DNA from: a virus
Taxonomy: Duplodnaviria; Caudoviricetes
IMG/VR virus record: IMGVR_UViG_3300003279_000006
Span: 1 to 56,978 of that record
Direction: 5' to 3' (one strand)
Length of the DNA stretch: 56,978 nucleotides
This document shows positions 45,723-55,019 of the stretch, in pieces (the first letter of the stretch is position 1; each line of letters opens with the position of its first letter). Made by a program: the position numbers and the translations under genes. Under the pieces are notes generated by a model. That model ran no database searches. It saw only the letters and a list, made by a program, of their open reading frames with translations, and was not told where the DNA came from.

Positions 45723-47197
45723 CAGGAAGGGTTCCGGGCCAGCGCTTTGGAACCTGCCCGCAGGGCACGGGCGCTTCGCAACAACTGACGTGCCGTCCCA
45801 ACAGTGGTTTCGTCCACATCCATGCCGAGGATGGACTTGCATCCGAGTTCCTCCGCCGCGCGCAGGGCCGAGCCCGCTCCGCAGGTCGGGTCGAGCAGCC
45901 TGGTGTTTTCGTCGATGAGCATGGAGAGGAAGTGCTTCAGCACTGGTTCAGGTTTCGCACTTGGATGGAAGCGTTTATCCGTCGGGGCTGCGTAGGCATC
46001 CGCCACGACCTTGACGATGTTCCTGCTCCCGCGAGTCGCGAACAGTGCGGTCTCGTAGATATGCCGGGGATGACGCCTTGCATCCGAGACGATCCCGGCA
46101 TTGTCGGACTTGAGCCAGACCAGCGGGAACGGGTAGAAGACCAGGCTCGGGGCCAGCCTCTTGAACAGGTCCATTGTGATCTCCCGGTTCCGGTCCGAAT
46201 ACCAGAAGACCAGATGCCCACTGATAGACATGAAGCGATCGAGGTGGGTGCAGAAGCACTCCAGCAATCGGACGTAAACGTCCTTGGAGTCCGCATACTC
46301 CGTCTGCACGCCAGAGGCATTCCCCTGCGAGCCGTCGAATAGATTTACTCCGTAGGGGAAATCACAATGGACCAGATTGAACTTCAGTCCGGTGTATCTC
46401 GGCGCCCATTGGAGGAAGGACTCGTGGAGGATGGAGTTGGCGGAGTTGGGGATGATTGGGGGTCGAGAGGGGACGTTGCCCGCTCCGATCGGGACTCGAT
46501 TGGACGGAGGGGTTTCAGCGATTTCACCCGCTTCGCCCTCGGGGGTTTCCCCATCCAAGAGGTCCGACACTTCAGCCGAGGTCCCTTCTTCCTCCCCGAC
46601 CTCGGCCGTCGGCTCTTCTTCGGCTTCACCCTCCAGGCCGAGTAGGGCATTCAGGGCGTCGCCCTGCGACCGCTGGTCCCGGCGAACCAGGGTGTTGTAG
46701 GCTTCCTTGAAAGTATCGGCCTTCGCGATGCGCTCTTCCCCCATTGCACTGTTGACCTTCAAGTGCATGGATATTGAACTCCGCGTAAGCCCGATGGCAT
46801 CACCAGTTTCTTCCATGGTCCATTCCGAGTCTTGGACCAAATACAGGGCATGAATCTTCCCCACACTCCGGGTAATATCCTGCCACTCGAGATCGCTCCG
46901 CTTGATGTTCTCTTCGAGTTCGATTAGCTGAAGTTCGATCGGGGTGAGAGACTCGATGAACCGCACCGGGATGTCGGGCAGGCCCAGCTCTTTACATGCC
47001 GTCCACCTGCGTTCCCCGGCCCGGAGCCGGTAGGGTGGGGATGCCAGGTCTCGTTCCACGATAATCGGCTGGAGAACACCCCTTGCGGCGATGGACTCGA
47101 TCAGTCCTTTGGTCGAAATCACTCGACGTTGTCTCTCATCCCGCTCAACAAAAATCTGGTCAAGTGGAAGGCGAGCAAACTCGTCTGTTATTGGCAT
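45722..47197 (-). CDS. ParB-like domain plus beta-class amino (N6A/N4C) DNA methyltransferase
   Basis: GVLQPIIV..AGERRW..EENIKRSDL; acidic linker; CDFPYG, HPSAKP, LDPTCGAGS. Confidence 0.88.
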   Translation of the reverse strand: MPITDEFARLPLDQIFVERDERQRRVISTKGLIESIAARGVLQPIIVERDLASPPYRLRAGERRWTACKELGLPDIPVRFIESLTPIELQLIELEENIKRSDLEWQDITRSVGKIHALYLVQDSEWTMEETGDAIGLTRSSISMHLKVNSAMGEERIAKADTFKEAYNTLVRRDQRSQGDALNALLGLEGEAEEEPTAEVGEEEGTSAEVSDLLDGETPEGEAGEIAETPPSNRVPIGAGNVPSRPPIIPNSANSILHESFLQWAPRYTGLKFNLVHCDFPYGVNLFDGSQGNASGVQTEYADSKDVYVRLLECFCTHLDRFMSISGHLVFWYSDRNREITMDLFKRLAPSLVFYPFPLVWLKSDNAGIVSDARRHPRHIYETALFATRGSRNIVKVVADAYAAPTDKRFHPSAKPEPVLKHFLSMLIDENTRLLDPTCGAGSALRAAEELGCKSILGMDVDETTVGTARQLLRSARALRAGSKALARNPS

Positions 47198-47235
47198 GGG
47201 ACGTTTCCGGAGCGAGTGGTTGCGAGGACAAGTCT

Positions 47236-47264
47236 GCTGGGAGGGGGTTGGGTTCCCTCCCAGC
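47236..47264 (-). terminator. hairpin after the SSB-like gene
   Basis: GCTGGGAGGG-N9-CCCTCCCAGC 10-bp stem. Confidence 0.55.
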
Positions 47265-47282
47265 TTAGTCTTTGAGCCGGCC

Positions 47283-47711
47283 TCAGCCTGCGGCGCCGAT
47301 GGCCCCGACCTGATTGCCGATCTCGTTGTTCTGCTGGTTCAGATACTGCTGAACCTCGATCGTGACCTGGGCTCCGATCATGTTCGGGAGGACCTCCTCG
47401 TAGGTCTTCCCGGACATATCCACGCCGCAGTCCGAAATCAGCTTGTCCAAGCGCCAGAGCGCGTCGTCCGTGATGAAGAAGTCCCGGCGCAGCTGCCGCT
47501 TCGGCAAGTCAATGTCGGCCTTGTCTTCCTCCTGGACATTCGGCCCCCAGCCCAGCAGGCCCAGATGGAACCGGACGTAGGGCGTCTTGTTCTTGTTCTG
47601 GTCGCCGAGCTCATAGCTCTTGATGACCCCGTGATAGTTATCGGCCGGGAGCGCCGGGGGACGCTTGGCTTCGCCAGCAGGTTTCTTGAGCAGAGAAGAG
47701 AAGTCAACCAT
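47283..47711 (-). CDS. DUF669-like ssDNA-binding protein
   Basis: PPALPADNYHGVI..FFITDDALWRL; follows the AAA ATPase. Confidence 0.65.
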   Translation of the reverse strand: MVDFSSLLKKPAGEAKRPPALPADNYHGVIKSYELGDQNKNKTPYVRFHLGLLGWGPNVQEEDKADIDLPKRQLRRDFFITDDALWRLDKLISDCGVDMSGKTYEEVLPNMIGAQVTIEVQQYLNQQNNEIGNQVGAIGAAG

Positions 47712-47782
47712 TTCGATTGATCCTTGAGTTGCAAGTGGGCAGGATGCCCGAGATATCGGCCACTTGGCCGAACTGGTGGAGA

Positions 47783-48619
47783 CTAGCCTGGAGTTGGGGC
47801 GTCCGCCCCACCCATACGGACGGCGGCGAAATACTCGGCAAGGCCAGTCTCGATATCATAGGACGGTTTGACCGCCAGGGGATTGGTGTTTTTGAGCTCG
47901 ATTACGTTCGAGGTTTGGGTGAGGATTTTGCGCTTGGCGTTGGTCCCACTCCCGACCGTCGCGGCCATCAGCACGGTGTTGAAATACCGGCCGACTTTGG
48001 GAGGAAGGGCCTTCCCTAGGGTGTTCGGATACCCCCGCTGGGGGGCGTTCTCCTCCCCGATGTAGGTGATATGACAGTTCACGATGACATTACACTTAAT
48101 CCCGTCGTCGTAGAGCATCTGAAGCAGGGACTCAATCATCTGCTGGCCGGTATACCAATCGGACTGATGGGGCTGCTGGCCCAGGCGGGCGTTCACGGAC
48201 AAGACGAAATTGAGTGCCCCGGTCGAGAGCATGGTGAGGGAGTCCAGCACCAGAACGTCGTTGGGTCCCCAACTGGCCACCGGCCCCAAATCCTCGTCCC
48301 CAGACTTCCAGCTGGAAAGCATCCCGACCGTCCGTTGCCAGACACTGGCCTTGCTCGGGATCAGCCTCCCGTTCACGTTCCTCATCGGATCGGTGATGGT
48401 CTCGAACGAGACTCGATCAATCGCGTCTGGTTTGTATTTCGATCCCGGCGCCATCAGGACGTTCTTCAGCACGTCCAGGCCATTGTCCAGGTCGAGGACC
48501 CGAACATTATACCCGGCGTTGGCCAGGCTCGCCAGTGCCCCGGATTTTCCGGAGCCGGAGTCTCCGACTAGGAGCATCTTGGTCGTCTGGGCGGATTGGT
48601 GAGAAGTGAGTTTGGCCAC
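47783..48619 (-). CDS. AAA_24 / Sak4-like ATPase (recombinase)
   Basis: LLVGDSGSGKS, LDLDNG, VLVLDSLT, NCH. Confidence 0.8.
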   Translation of the reverse strand: MAKLTSHQSAQTTKMLLVGDSGSGKSGALASLANAGYNVRVLDLDNGLDVLKNVLMAPGSKYKPDAIDRVSFETITDPMRNVNGRLIPSKASVWQRTVGMLSSWKSGDEDLGPVASWGPNDVLVLDSLTMLSTGALNFVLSVNARLGQQPHQSDWYTGQQMIESLLQMLYDDGIKCNVIVNCHITYIGEENAPQRGYPNTLGKALPPKVGRYFNTVLMAATVGSGTNAKRKILTQTSNVIELKNTNPLAVKPSYDIETGLAEYFAAVRMGGADAPTPG

Positions 48620-48688
48620 CGAGTTTGTCCTGTTGTTTGAAGTGGTTTCAGCTTTGAATGACGGAGTCTGTCTTTGGAGAGGCTTCGC

Positions 48689-49678
48689 CTAGATGTCCCC
48701 ACGCTTATCCAGCGGATTCCAGACCCTCTTCACGTATTCGCTTTGCAGCCACTGTTCCCGTGCCCCAGGCGCCCGTCCGCAGATTTGCTGGAACACACAC
48801 CCGCCATACATCGAACAACTCTTGTCGTTCATTGGCCAGTGCTGGGCAAGCGCCGCCCGCTCGAGTTGGCCCAGCCAACTCCGGGTGTCTTCCAACCACT
48901 CGGCGAGGAAACTGTCACTCCGGGGGACGAGTGCCCGTTCAAACCGGGCAAAGGTCGCCCCGACCTGCACTCCATCCACGATCAGCCCATCGACTGGTGT
49001 GGCGAACGCGACTTTGCTGGCGAGGGCATACATGCTGAATTGGTTCCCCGGAGTGAACCCCGAGAAGAACCTCGGGCCGAGTGCCCCCACAGTGGTTTTG
49101 ATATCCACTACGTAGGGGACATCGTTCAGTTTGGCAATCCGATCCAGGTGGCCCGAGAAAACAAACTGTTCCCCCGTCGCTTCGGCGGTGATGCCTGAGT
49201 CATAGGCGAAGGTCAGTTCAACTGCGGGCTTGCCATTTTCGAGCACCAGGGTCTCGAGCGGATCGTTCCAGCCGAACTGCTCCAAATACCAGACGACGGA
49301 ACGGACGAGTGATAGTCGGTTCTTGGCCGGGTGGTCGGAAATCCAAGGCCGGCGAAGCGCCGAGTTCCAGGTCTGCCGAAGGCACCAGTGGACGGTGTTC
49401 TCCACCGCGGTTTGGTGTTCGACCCCCTGGGTGCGTGCATGGGCATATTGCTCGATCGCTCCGTGCATCAACAGCCCGAAGGTCAAATGCACAGACTCGG
49501 ACCTCGGCCGCAGCCCCCGAATGATCGAGTAGTAATATTTGCGGGCGCAGGTTTTGAACTCGCCGAGTGAAGTCGAGTCAATCGCGATTTGGAGACCTGG
49601 GAGCTGGCGGCTGAAAGCCGAGTTCTCGTCCGCGACCGTCTCGATTGCTCGGACCATGGCGCTTCGCTCGGATGTCAT
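48689..49678 (-). CDS. PD-(D/E)XK exonuclease of Cas4/AddB type (four-Cys Fe-S staple)
   Basis: FKTCARKYYY, FG..MH, GHLDRI..VDIKT, QFSMY, C..YGGC.F..IC. Confidence 0.85.
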   Translation of the reverse strand: MTSERSAMVRAIETVADENSAFSRQLPGLQIAIDSTSLGEFKTCARKYYYSIIRGLRPRSESVHLTFGLLMHGAIEQYAHARTQGVEHQTAVENTVHWCLRQTWNSALRRPWISDHPAKNRLSLVRSVVWYLEQFGWNDPLETLVLENGKPAVELTFAYDSGITAEATGEQFVFSGHLDRIAKLNDVPYVVDIKTTVGALGPRFFSGFTPGNQFSMYALASKVAFATPVDGLIVDGVQVGATFARFERALVPRSDSFLAEWLEDTRSWLGQLERAALAQHWPMNDKSCSMYGGCVFQQICGRAPGAREQWLQSEYVKRVWNPLDKRGDI

Positions 49679-49938
49679 AGCCCCAGGTCTTCCGCAGCAA
49701 CAACTGTTGAAGTGGCCTTCGGTCCAGCAGGGGCCTTGGCGCTTCGCGTGCCTTTGGCCGGTTTCTCCGCCTCGGTGGCAGCCCACCGGACCCGCTGTTC
49801 CCGCAGCACCGAGACGATCTTGGCCAGGTCCTGTTGACTATACCCCTCCGGGTCCCGGGAGAACAGTTCGGACAACGAGTCCGAGGATGCCTCCGCCAGG
49901 GCTTCGACCCCACCAGTCCCGATTGACAAATCGCTCAT
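49675..49938 (-). CDS. hypothetical protein
   Basis: ELFSRDP..; coupled on both sides. Confidence 0.75.
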   Translation of the reverse strand: MSDLSIGTGGVEALAEASSDSLSELFSRDPEGYSQQDLAKIVSVLREQRVRWAATEAEKPAKGTRSAKAPAGPKATSTVVAAEDLGL

Positions 49939-50132
49939 GCTGCGTTCTCCCTTTCGTCGATTTCCCGCTGCCGGAGTTGTTTCACCTTCGCGTGGATGAT
50001 TGCCCGGACGGCAGCGGAGACGCCGATTGAGTTCGGGGAATTTGCTCCGAAGAGCTTGGACAAATACTCCCAGTCCTCGTCATAAATAAACAGGTGACGA
50101 CGGGACTGCGGGAGGGAGACTTTCTTGCTCAT
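49935..50132 (-). CDS. putative ribbon-helix-helix DNA-binding protein
   Basis: Strand RRHLFIY, helix DEDWEYLSKLF, then GVSAAVRAII. Confidence 0.55.
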   Translation of the reverse strand: MSKKVSLPQSRRHLFIYDEDWEYLSKLFGANSPNSIGVSAAVRAIIHAKVKQLRQREIDERENAA

Positions 50133-50371
50133 AGCTTTGCCTCCAGGGCCTTTGGCCCTCCCCCCGCTCCACGGACGATCACCAGTTGCCCCTCATCAAA
50201 CGGACTCGTCCGGAGTTGCAAATTCACCAGCTCCGGCATTCCCGCATCGGCGCGGGCTCGATAAAGCTGTTGCTTCGCTCGGTGCGGATCATTCGTCCGA
50301 AGCACCACTCCGATCGGTTCATTCTTCGCCTGGAGCCATAGGCTCAGCCAGGGACTTGGCGCCTTTCCCAT
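50129..50371 (-). CDS. hypothetical protein
   Basis: Coupled ORF. Confidence 0.7.
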   Translation of the reverse strand: MGKAPSPWLSLWLQAKNEPIGVVLRTNDPHRAKQQLYRARADAGMPELVNLQLRTSPFDEGQLVIVRGAGGGPKALEAKL

Positions 50372-50829
50372 TAGAGAAGTTCCTCCAGGGTCTTGGATGC
50401 GAACTGTTCCCGCTCCAAGAGCCGTTCCCGAGCCAAGCGAATGATCGTTGGACTCGTCCGGAGGACCGTCGCTTCGCCCGGGCTGGCTTCTGGACTCAGC
50501 CCGGCTTTGCCCATCTGCTCCCCGACGATTTCATCAATCGTGAGTTCGAGCGCCCCGACACTCGGCTTTGCCCCTTTGATCTGGAACTGGTAATCCCCCG
50601 CATACTTGGCGATACGATCTTGGAGGGCGGCGATCGTCTCCGCTGGAAGAATCCCATCTGGTTCCCCGGCGATTGCCTCAATCACCCAGCGGGCCACGTT
50701 GTTCCTTACCGTCTCGGACAGCAACTGATTCATCGCATGGGCTTCACCCAGGGTCAGGATTGTCCCGGCCTCGAACCGTGGGGCGATGTGGAAGGGGTAA
50801 GATCGGATGGAGAGAGTTAGGGGAGGCAT
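50371..50829 (-). CDS. hypothetical protein
   Basis: First gene after a promoter; AGGA RBS. Confidence 0.75.
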   Translation of the reverse strand: MPPLTLSIRSYPFHIAPRFEAGTILTLGEAHAMNQLLSETVRNNVARWVIEAIAGEPDGILPAETIAALQDRIAKYAGDYQFQIKGAKPSVGALELTIDEIVGEQMGKAGLSPEASPGEATVLRTSPTIIRLARERLLEREQFASKTLEELL

Positions 50830-50861
50830 GGGAAATGGTCCTGTTGGGTGGCGTGGGTGGT

Positions 50862-50890
50862 ATTGTGGACGGGGGGCGGTGGGTTGGCAA
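50862..50890 (-). promoter_or_regulatory. sigma70-type promoter for the replication operon
   Basis: TTGCCA-N17-CACAAT on the minus strand. Confidence 0.65.
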
Positions 50891-50908
50891 GGTGTGACGG
50901 TGGGCGTA

Positions 50909-50952
50909 GGTAGGGTGGGCGCACGTTAACCGTTGAACAAGCCCACCCTACC
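50909..50952. promoter_or_regulatory. operator-like element copy 5 inside a perfect 12-bp inverted repeat
   Basis: GGTAGGGTGGGC-gcacGTTAACCGTTGAACaa-GCCCACCCTACC. Confidence 0.7.
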
Positions 50953-50960
50953 CGCCGCCC

Positions 50961-52190
50961 CTACCCGTCCAGCTTCACCCCGAGCGCACGCTCCCCGTTG
51001 CGGATGATTTCTTCCAGCAAGAACGTCTGCATCGTCCGGGTTTCATCCACCAGTCCATGGGCCAGATGCAGGTATTCTTCCAGAATAACTGCGGCGAGAA
51101 ACTTCACCTCACGGTCAAAGACCGCCAGGGGCAGGAGGATTTTCCCCTGAAAGGCGGCGCCCAACGCCACGCTGGTCGGACGTTCCCCCAGGGATTTCAC
51201 GATCACAATATCCTGGGTGATGGCATAACCCAGCCGAGCCAGAAACATCATCGCGGAGATCAGTTTGGCCCCGGCCTCTGGCGAAGTCTGCACCGGCTCT
51301 GGATCAATCGGCCCCATCTGGGTCTGGAACGCACGAAACACCGTCTTGTTCACCGTTGTCAAGGACTCATCCCGGACCCGATGCAAGACCTCGACGAGGT
51401 CAGCGCTCGGTGCTGCCCAGGTGTAAACCCAGTTCACGTTTTCCTCCGTCGTGTTGGGTTCCGGCGTCACGACCTGACGGAGCAAATCCAGGTCTTTGCA
51501 GTCCTGCGCGATCTGGCGGAAAACAAACCACTTGGCGCGGTCTTCATCCAGCGTCCGGTCTTCGGTCAAGGTCAGGGACTGCCTCACGATGTTATACGTG
51601 AACATGCTCGGCGCTCCCAGCTTCGTCACCCGGATGCCCTGGTAGTAGATATACTCGGATGGCCTCCGCCGGATTTCGAGGCAAGGCAGCACAATGTCCG
51701 GGGTGCCCTGGACGAGCCACTTCCCCTTCAGTCCGAACTCATCCACCGCCGGTTGGCCGGAAACCAGTATCCGGGTATGCCCTGGTTTTGCCACTGGTGC
51801 CACATTGACCAGCAAATCCGTCCCTCCCTCGTCCTTGGCGTTCGACCAGAGCTCACGATAGGCCATCCAAGGTTCCCAGGCTTTCCCCAGTTCGGTGGTG
51901 AACCCCAGTTCGAACTCTCGTGGCAGAGCCTCGCCGGGCGGGATTTCCAGCATTGTGATGAACTCGAACTCCTTGCCCCGGATGCTCTGGCGAACCGTGG
52001 CGAACTCGAACTCGGTGAGGCCGCTCTGGATTTTCACCTGGCAGCCCAGCCTCAGCCAAACGGCAATCGAGTATTTCAACCCCGTTCCAAAGAAGCCAAT
52101 GGGCGAAGCTCCGTCCTTGACATTCACCCCCATCGTCGTGATCAGCCGACGGTCGATCTCACCGGGGTTGGAGAAACACAGTATTGTCAT
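50961..52190 (-). CDS. GHKL (Hsp90/MORC-like) ATPase with permuted motif order
   Basis: SNPGEI, IGFFGTGLK, then AYRELWSNAKDE; C-terminal EEYLH. Confidence 0.7.
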   Translation of the reverse strand: MTILCFSNPGEIDRRLITTMGVNVKDGASPIGFFGTGLKYSIAVWLRLGCQVKIQSGLTEFEFATVRQSIRGKEFEFITMLEIPPGEALPREFELGFTTELGKAWEPWMAYRELWSNAKDEGGTDLLVNVAPVAKPGHTRILVSGQPAVDEFGLKGKWLVQGTPDIVLPCLEIRRRPSEYIYYQGIRVTKLGAPSMFTYNIVRQSLTLTEDRTLDEDRAKWFVFRQIAQDCKDLDLLRQVVTPEPNTTEENVNWVYTWAAPSADLVEVLHRVRDESLTTVNKTVFRAFQTQMGPIDPEPVQTSPEAGAKLISAMMFLARLGYAITQDIVIVKSLGERPTSVALGAAFQGKILLPLAVFDREVKFLAAVILEEYLHLAHGLVDETRTMQTFLLEEIIRNGERALGVKLDG

Positions 52191-52230
52191 GAGTAAGTTC
52201 CTTGAGTTGAGTTGAGTTAAGCTGTTCCGT

Positions 52231-52515
52231 TTAGTCTTGTGTCGGCCAAGGCTCCGGAGCGACATATGTGACCGGCTTCGTAAATGCTCCTTTTGACCAC
52301 GAAGCGTTGAACAAACGTGTCATAGCTGCATTCAGCGCTTTGATTTGTTGTTCGATTTCAGCCAAGGCAATTTCTTCTCCCGGCAAGCCAGAACCACGCA
52401 CCCATTCTTTGTGGATCGCCAAATTATCACGATAGTAAACAAGTGCTCTGTGAAAAAACTCCACGTCCTGGGACGGGATGGTGTATTCTGGTGCGAGACG
52501 AGTTTCGAGTGTCAT
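52231..52515 (-). CDS. hypothetical protein (AT-richer)
   Basis: ATG ORF filling the gap; coiled coil. Confidence 0.6.
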   Translation of the reverse strand: MTLETRLAPEYTIPSQDVEFFHRALVYYRDNLAIHKEWVRGSGLPGEEIALAEIEQQIKALNAAMTRLFNASWSKGAFTKPVTYVAPEPWPTQD

Positions 52516-52550
52516 GTCACGAGTCCTTGAGTTGGGTAAGTTCCGTTCCG

Positions 52551-53048
52551 TCAGCTAAACCTGGCCGCGTCCTGCTCTTCCTGATTGATCTTAGCCAGCA
52601 GTTCGTTCCCCTTCCTTTCCAGCTCGGTCCAAATCCAATCCGGACCTTCGTTCGCCAGTCGGATGAACCAGTCCCGGCCTTCGGTCGACGAGGTGCTGGT
52701 GAAGCACTCCCCACCAGTGATGGAACAGCCATCATAACTTTCGTGATCTTCCCACTGAGGAACGGGTGAGTGAACACAGGTATCCCACCCATGGGCTTCA
52801 CCGGCCCAAACCCCGATCAGGGATTTGCCCCAATTCTGTTCCACCGTCGTCGGGGTGAAGCCGGTGTCGATCCCGAACTCGACTGCACAAGCAGGGTTCT
52901 GGACGTTCCGCACCAGCCAGACCAAGTGCGCTCCGTGGACGCCGTGGCCACTTCCCCTCTGATCGTAGCCCTTCACCCAGTTGAAGCTTCGCGTCCACTC
53001 TCCGACCACTTGTTCCAGCATCTTACCTTCCATCCTCGATTTGGTCAT
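52551..53048 (-). CDS. hypothetical protein
   Basis: ATGA-coupled to the helicase; His/Cys motifs. Confidence 0.7.
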   Translation of the reverse strand: MTKSRMEGKMLEQVVGEWTRSFNWVKGYDQRGSGHGVHGAHLVWLVRNVQNPACAVEFGIDTGFTPTTVEQNWGKSLIGVWAGEAHGWDTCVHSPVPQWEDHESYDGCSITGGECFTSTSSTEGRDWFIRLANEGPDWIWTELERKGNELLAKINQEEQDAARFS

Positions 53049-54628
53049 GCCACAAACTCCTCCGAGTTCGCATTGATCAGCAAGAACTTACTTCTCGTCT
53101 CGCAGACATAGCGAAGGTTGAGTTCCTGCTCCATCGGCTTGCGGTTGCCAGCGGCCAGTGCCGCCTTGGCCTGCCGGCTGGGCAGGCGCCAGGGGTCCAG
53201 GTGGACCACGCATTCCCATTCCAGCCCCTTCGCCCTATGGATCGTCCCGAGGACCACCAGCCCAGCGTCCTGCGCAAACAACGCTTTGATCGCGTCTCGC
53301 AGTGCCCCCGCATCCCGGGCTTGCGCCGAGTCCAGCACGGCTCGGAGGCACTCCGCCCGATCGGTGATCTTGTCCACCTGATCCTCTTTCTTGTTGGCCA
53401 GTGCAAGCGCTGTCTCCTTCTGCTCCCACTCATCCACCTTCCCCCGGACAATGTCCGCTGGGGTCTTATCATCCTCGACGATTTTCTTCGAAAGGCTGAT
53501 CAACCCCTTGCCCAGGTCTCGGCCCAGCATCGTCACCCCGATGCCGCTACGGATGAGTTTGAAGGCCAGGCCCAGCAGGGGTGCCGTGTTCCTGCACAGG
53601 ATGGCGGTGCTCCGCAGCATGGTTGGACTCGGCATCAGCTTCTTCAGGTCCTCCACCGTCCAGCTAGCCTCCTCCCCGGTCGGATGGAGGGCAGCTGGCA
53701 GGTGTTCAAACCTCCCCTCGACATTGGTGTGCCAGGCTCGGTAGCCCGGGACATGCTCCTGCTGTCTGGCGACCACCACCTTCGGGCACCGGAACGTGGT
53801 TGCCAGTTCCCGATCAAACCATTCATCCTGCGTCCGCAGCCCCTTCATCTTCCCCATCGAGTCGTTTGTCGCCCCACGAAAGGCGTAGATTGACTGTTTG
53901 GGGTCCCCGACCACAGCGACCCGGCCATCGCTCCGCACACACCGCTGGAACATGATATGATTTAGCCCGTTCAGGTCCTGCGCCTCGTCGGCGAAGACCA
54001 CTGGGAACTGCGGAAACTTCCCGCCCAGCATGACCGAGCAGTAAATCTGATCGTCGAAACTGATGGTCCCGGACTTCGCCAGGGTAATATCCTTCTCCAG
54101 CACTTCCCGCGCGAGGTCCATGAGGAACTCCGCCTCATCCCGGTAGACATCAACCGAGTCGGCGAGGTCGATCCAACTCTCCGCCGTGTCCGGGATCAGG
54201 CCGTCCGGGCCGGAGCCTTTCGGAACCAGGCCAAGCAACTGTGCCCGGCTCACCATCTTGCGCATCGCATCCCACTGGTCCGAGTTAATCTCGACCTTGC
54301 GGTCCTTCGCGACCTGGGTGACGAGTTTACCCAGCTTTCGGTCGTCCAGAGCCACGGTCTTGGCGTCGATCGCCCGCATCCAGGCCCCATGTCCCAGGCC
54401 ATTGAACGTCTTCGGCTGGAAGTTCCCCGGCAGCTTCCCCTTCATGTCATCCGCGATTTTCTTGTTGAAAGCCAGGGCGAGGGCCGGCACCCGAACCTCG
54501 GGGGCGATCAGTTCGAGTGTGGACGTTTTGCCCGTTCCGGCATACGCGTTGATGAGCAGACTTCCACTTCGTCTCTTCATCACGTCCCAGATTGCAACTT
54601 GCTCGTCAGTCGGGGTGAACTTGGTCAT
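53045..54628 (-). CDS. UvrD/Rep-family SF1 helicase
   Basis: AYAGTGKTS, LAFN, DEAQD, VGDPKQSIYAFRGA, TFRCP, TIHRAKGLEW, YVCETRSK. Confidence 0.93.
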   Translation of the reverse strand: MTKFTPTDEQVAIWDVMKRRSGSLLINAYAGTGKTSTLELIAPEVRVPALALAFNKKIADDMKGKLPGNFQPKTFNGLGHGAWMRAIDAKTVALDDRKLGKLVTQVAKDRKVEINSDQWDAMRKMVSRAQLLGLVPKGSGPDGLIPDTAESWIDLADSVDVYRDEAEFLMDLAREVLEKDITLAKSGTISFDDQIYCSVMLGGKFPQFPVVFADEAQDLNGLNHIMFQRCVRSDGRVAVVGDPKQSIYAFRGATNDSMGKMKGLRTQDEWFDRELATTFRCPKVVVARQQEHVPGYRAWHTNVEGRFEHLPAALHPTGEEASWTVEDLKKLMPSPTMLRSTAILCRNTAPLLGLAFKLIRSGIGVTMLGRDLGKGLISLSKKIVEDDKTPADIVRGKVDEWEQKETALALANKKEDQVDKITDRAECLRAVLDSAQARDAGALRDAIKALFAQDAGLVVLGTIHRAKGLEWECVVHLDPWRLPSRQAKAALAAGNRKPMEQELNLRYVCETRSKFLLINANSEEFVA

Positions 54629-54671
54629 GGAGAGTTCTCTTTGCTTTGTTGTTTCGAGTGTAGTCTTTGGA

Positions 54672-55019
54672 TCAGAACCAAACCTGCCGGTCAAATACCA
54701 CCGCTGGTCCGGCGATCCAACTCAGCATTTCCGGGTCCATCCCGGGGTTGCGCGCAAGCGCTCCTGCACGATACAGCTTCGTGGCCTCTTCGTTTCGCCC
54801 CAGCGGAGGCCGGGTCCTCAACCTGACATGCCCAATCTTCGAGACAAACATGTCGAACGGATGCCCGGACTGATGCAGTCGCACCCGCTCGATCGGCTCG
54901 TTGTTCAGGATTGGACCGATCAAAGCCAGAAATTGCTCGTGTGAGGGCTGCGCCGGCCAGTCGACGAAGAGGGACCGTTTGGCCCCTCCCGTCTCCAGCA
55001 CGTGGTAGCGGGTAATCAC
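54672..55019 (-). CDS. hypothetical protein (DUF3846-like)
   Basis: IERV..DMFV..G..RNEEAT..IAGPAVV pattern. Confidence 0.6.
   Translation of the reverse strand: MITRYHVLETGGAKRSLFVDWPAQPSHEQFLALIGPILNNEPIERVRLHQSGHPFDMFVSKIGHVRLRTRPPLGRNEEATKLYRAGALARNPGMDPEMLSWIAGPAVVFDRQVWF

Noticed and set aside
48689-49678. Cas4-like nuclease as a sign of a CRISPR system
   Set aside because: No repeat-spacer array or other cas gene; it sits in a standard nuclease-ATPase-SSB recombination module
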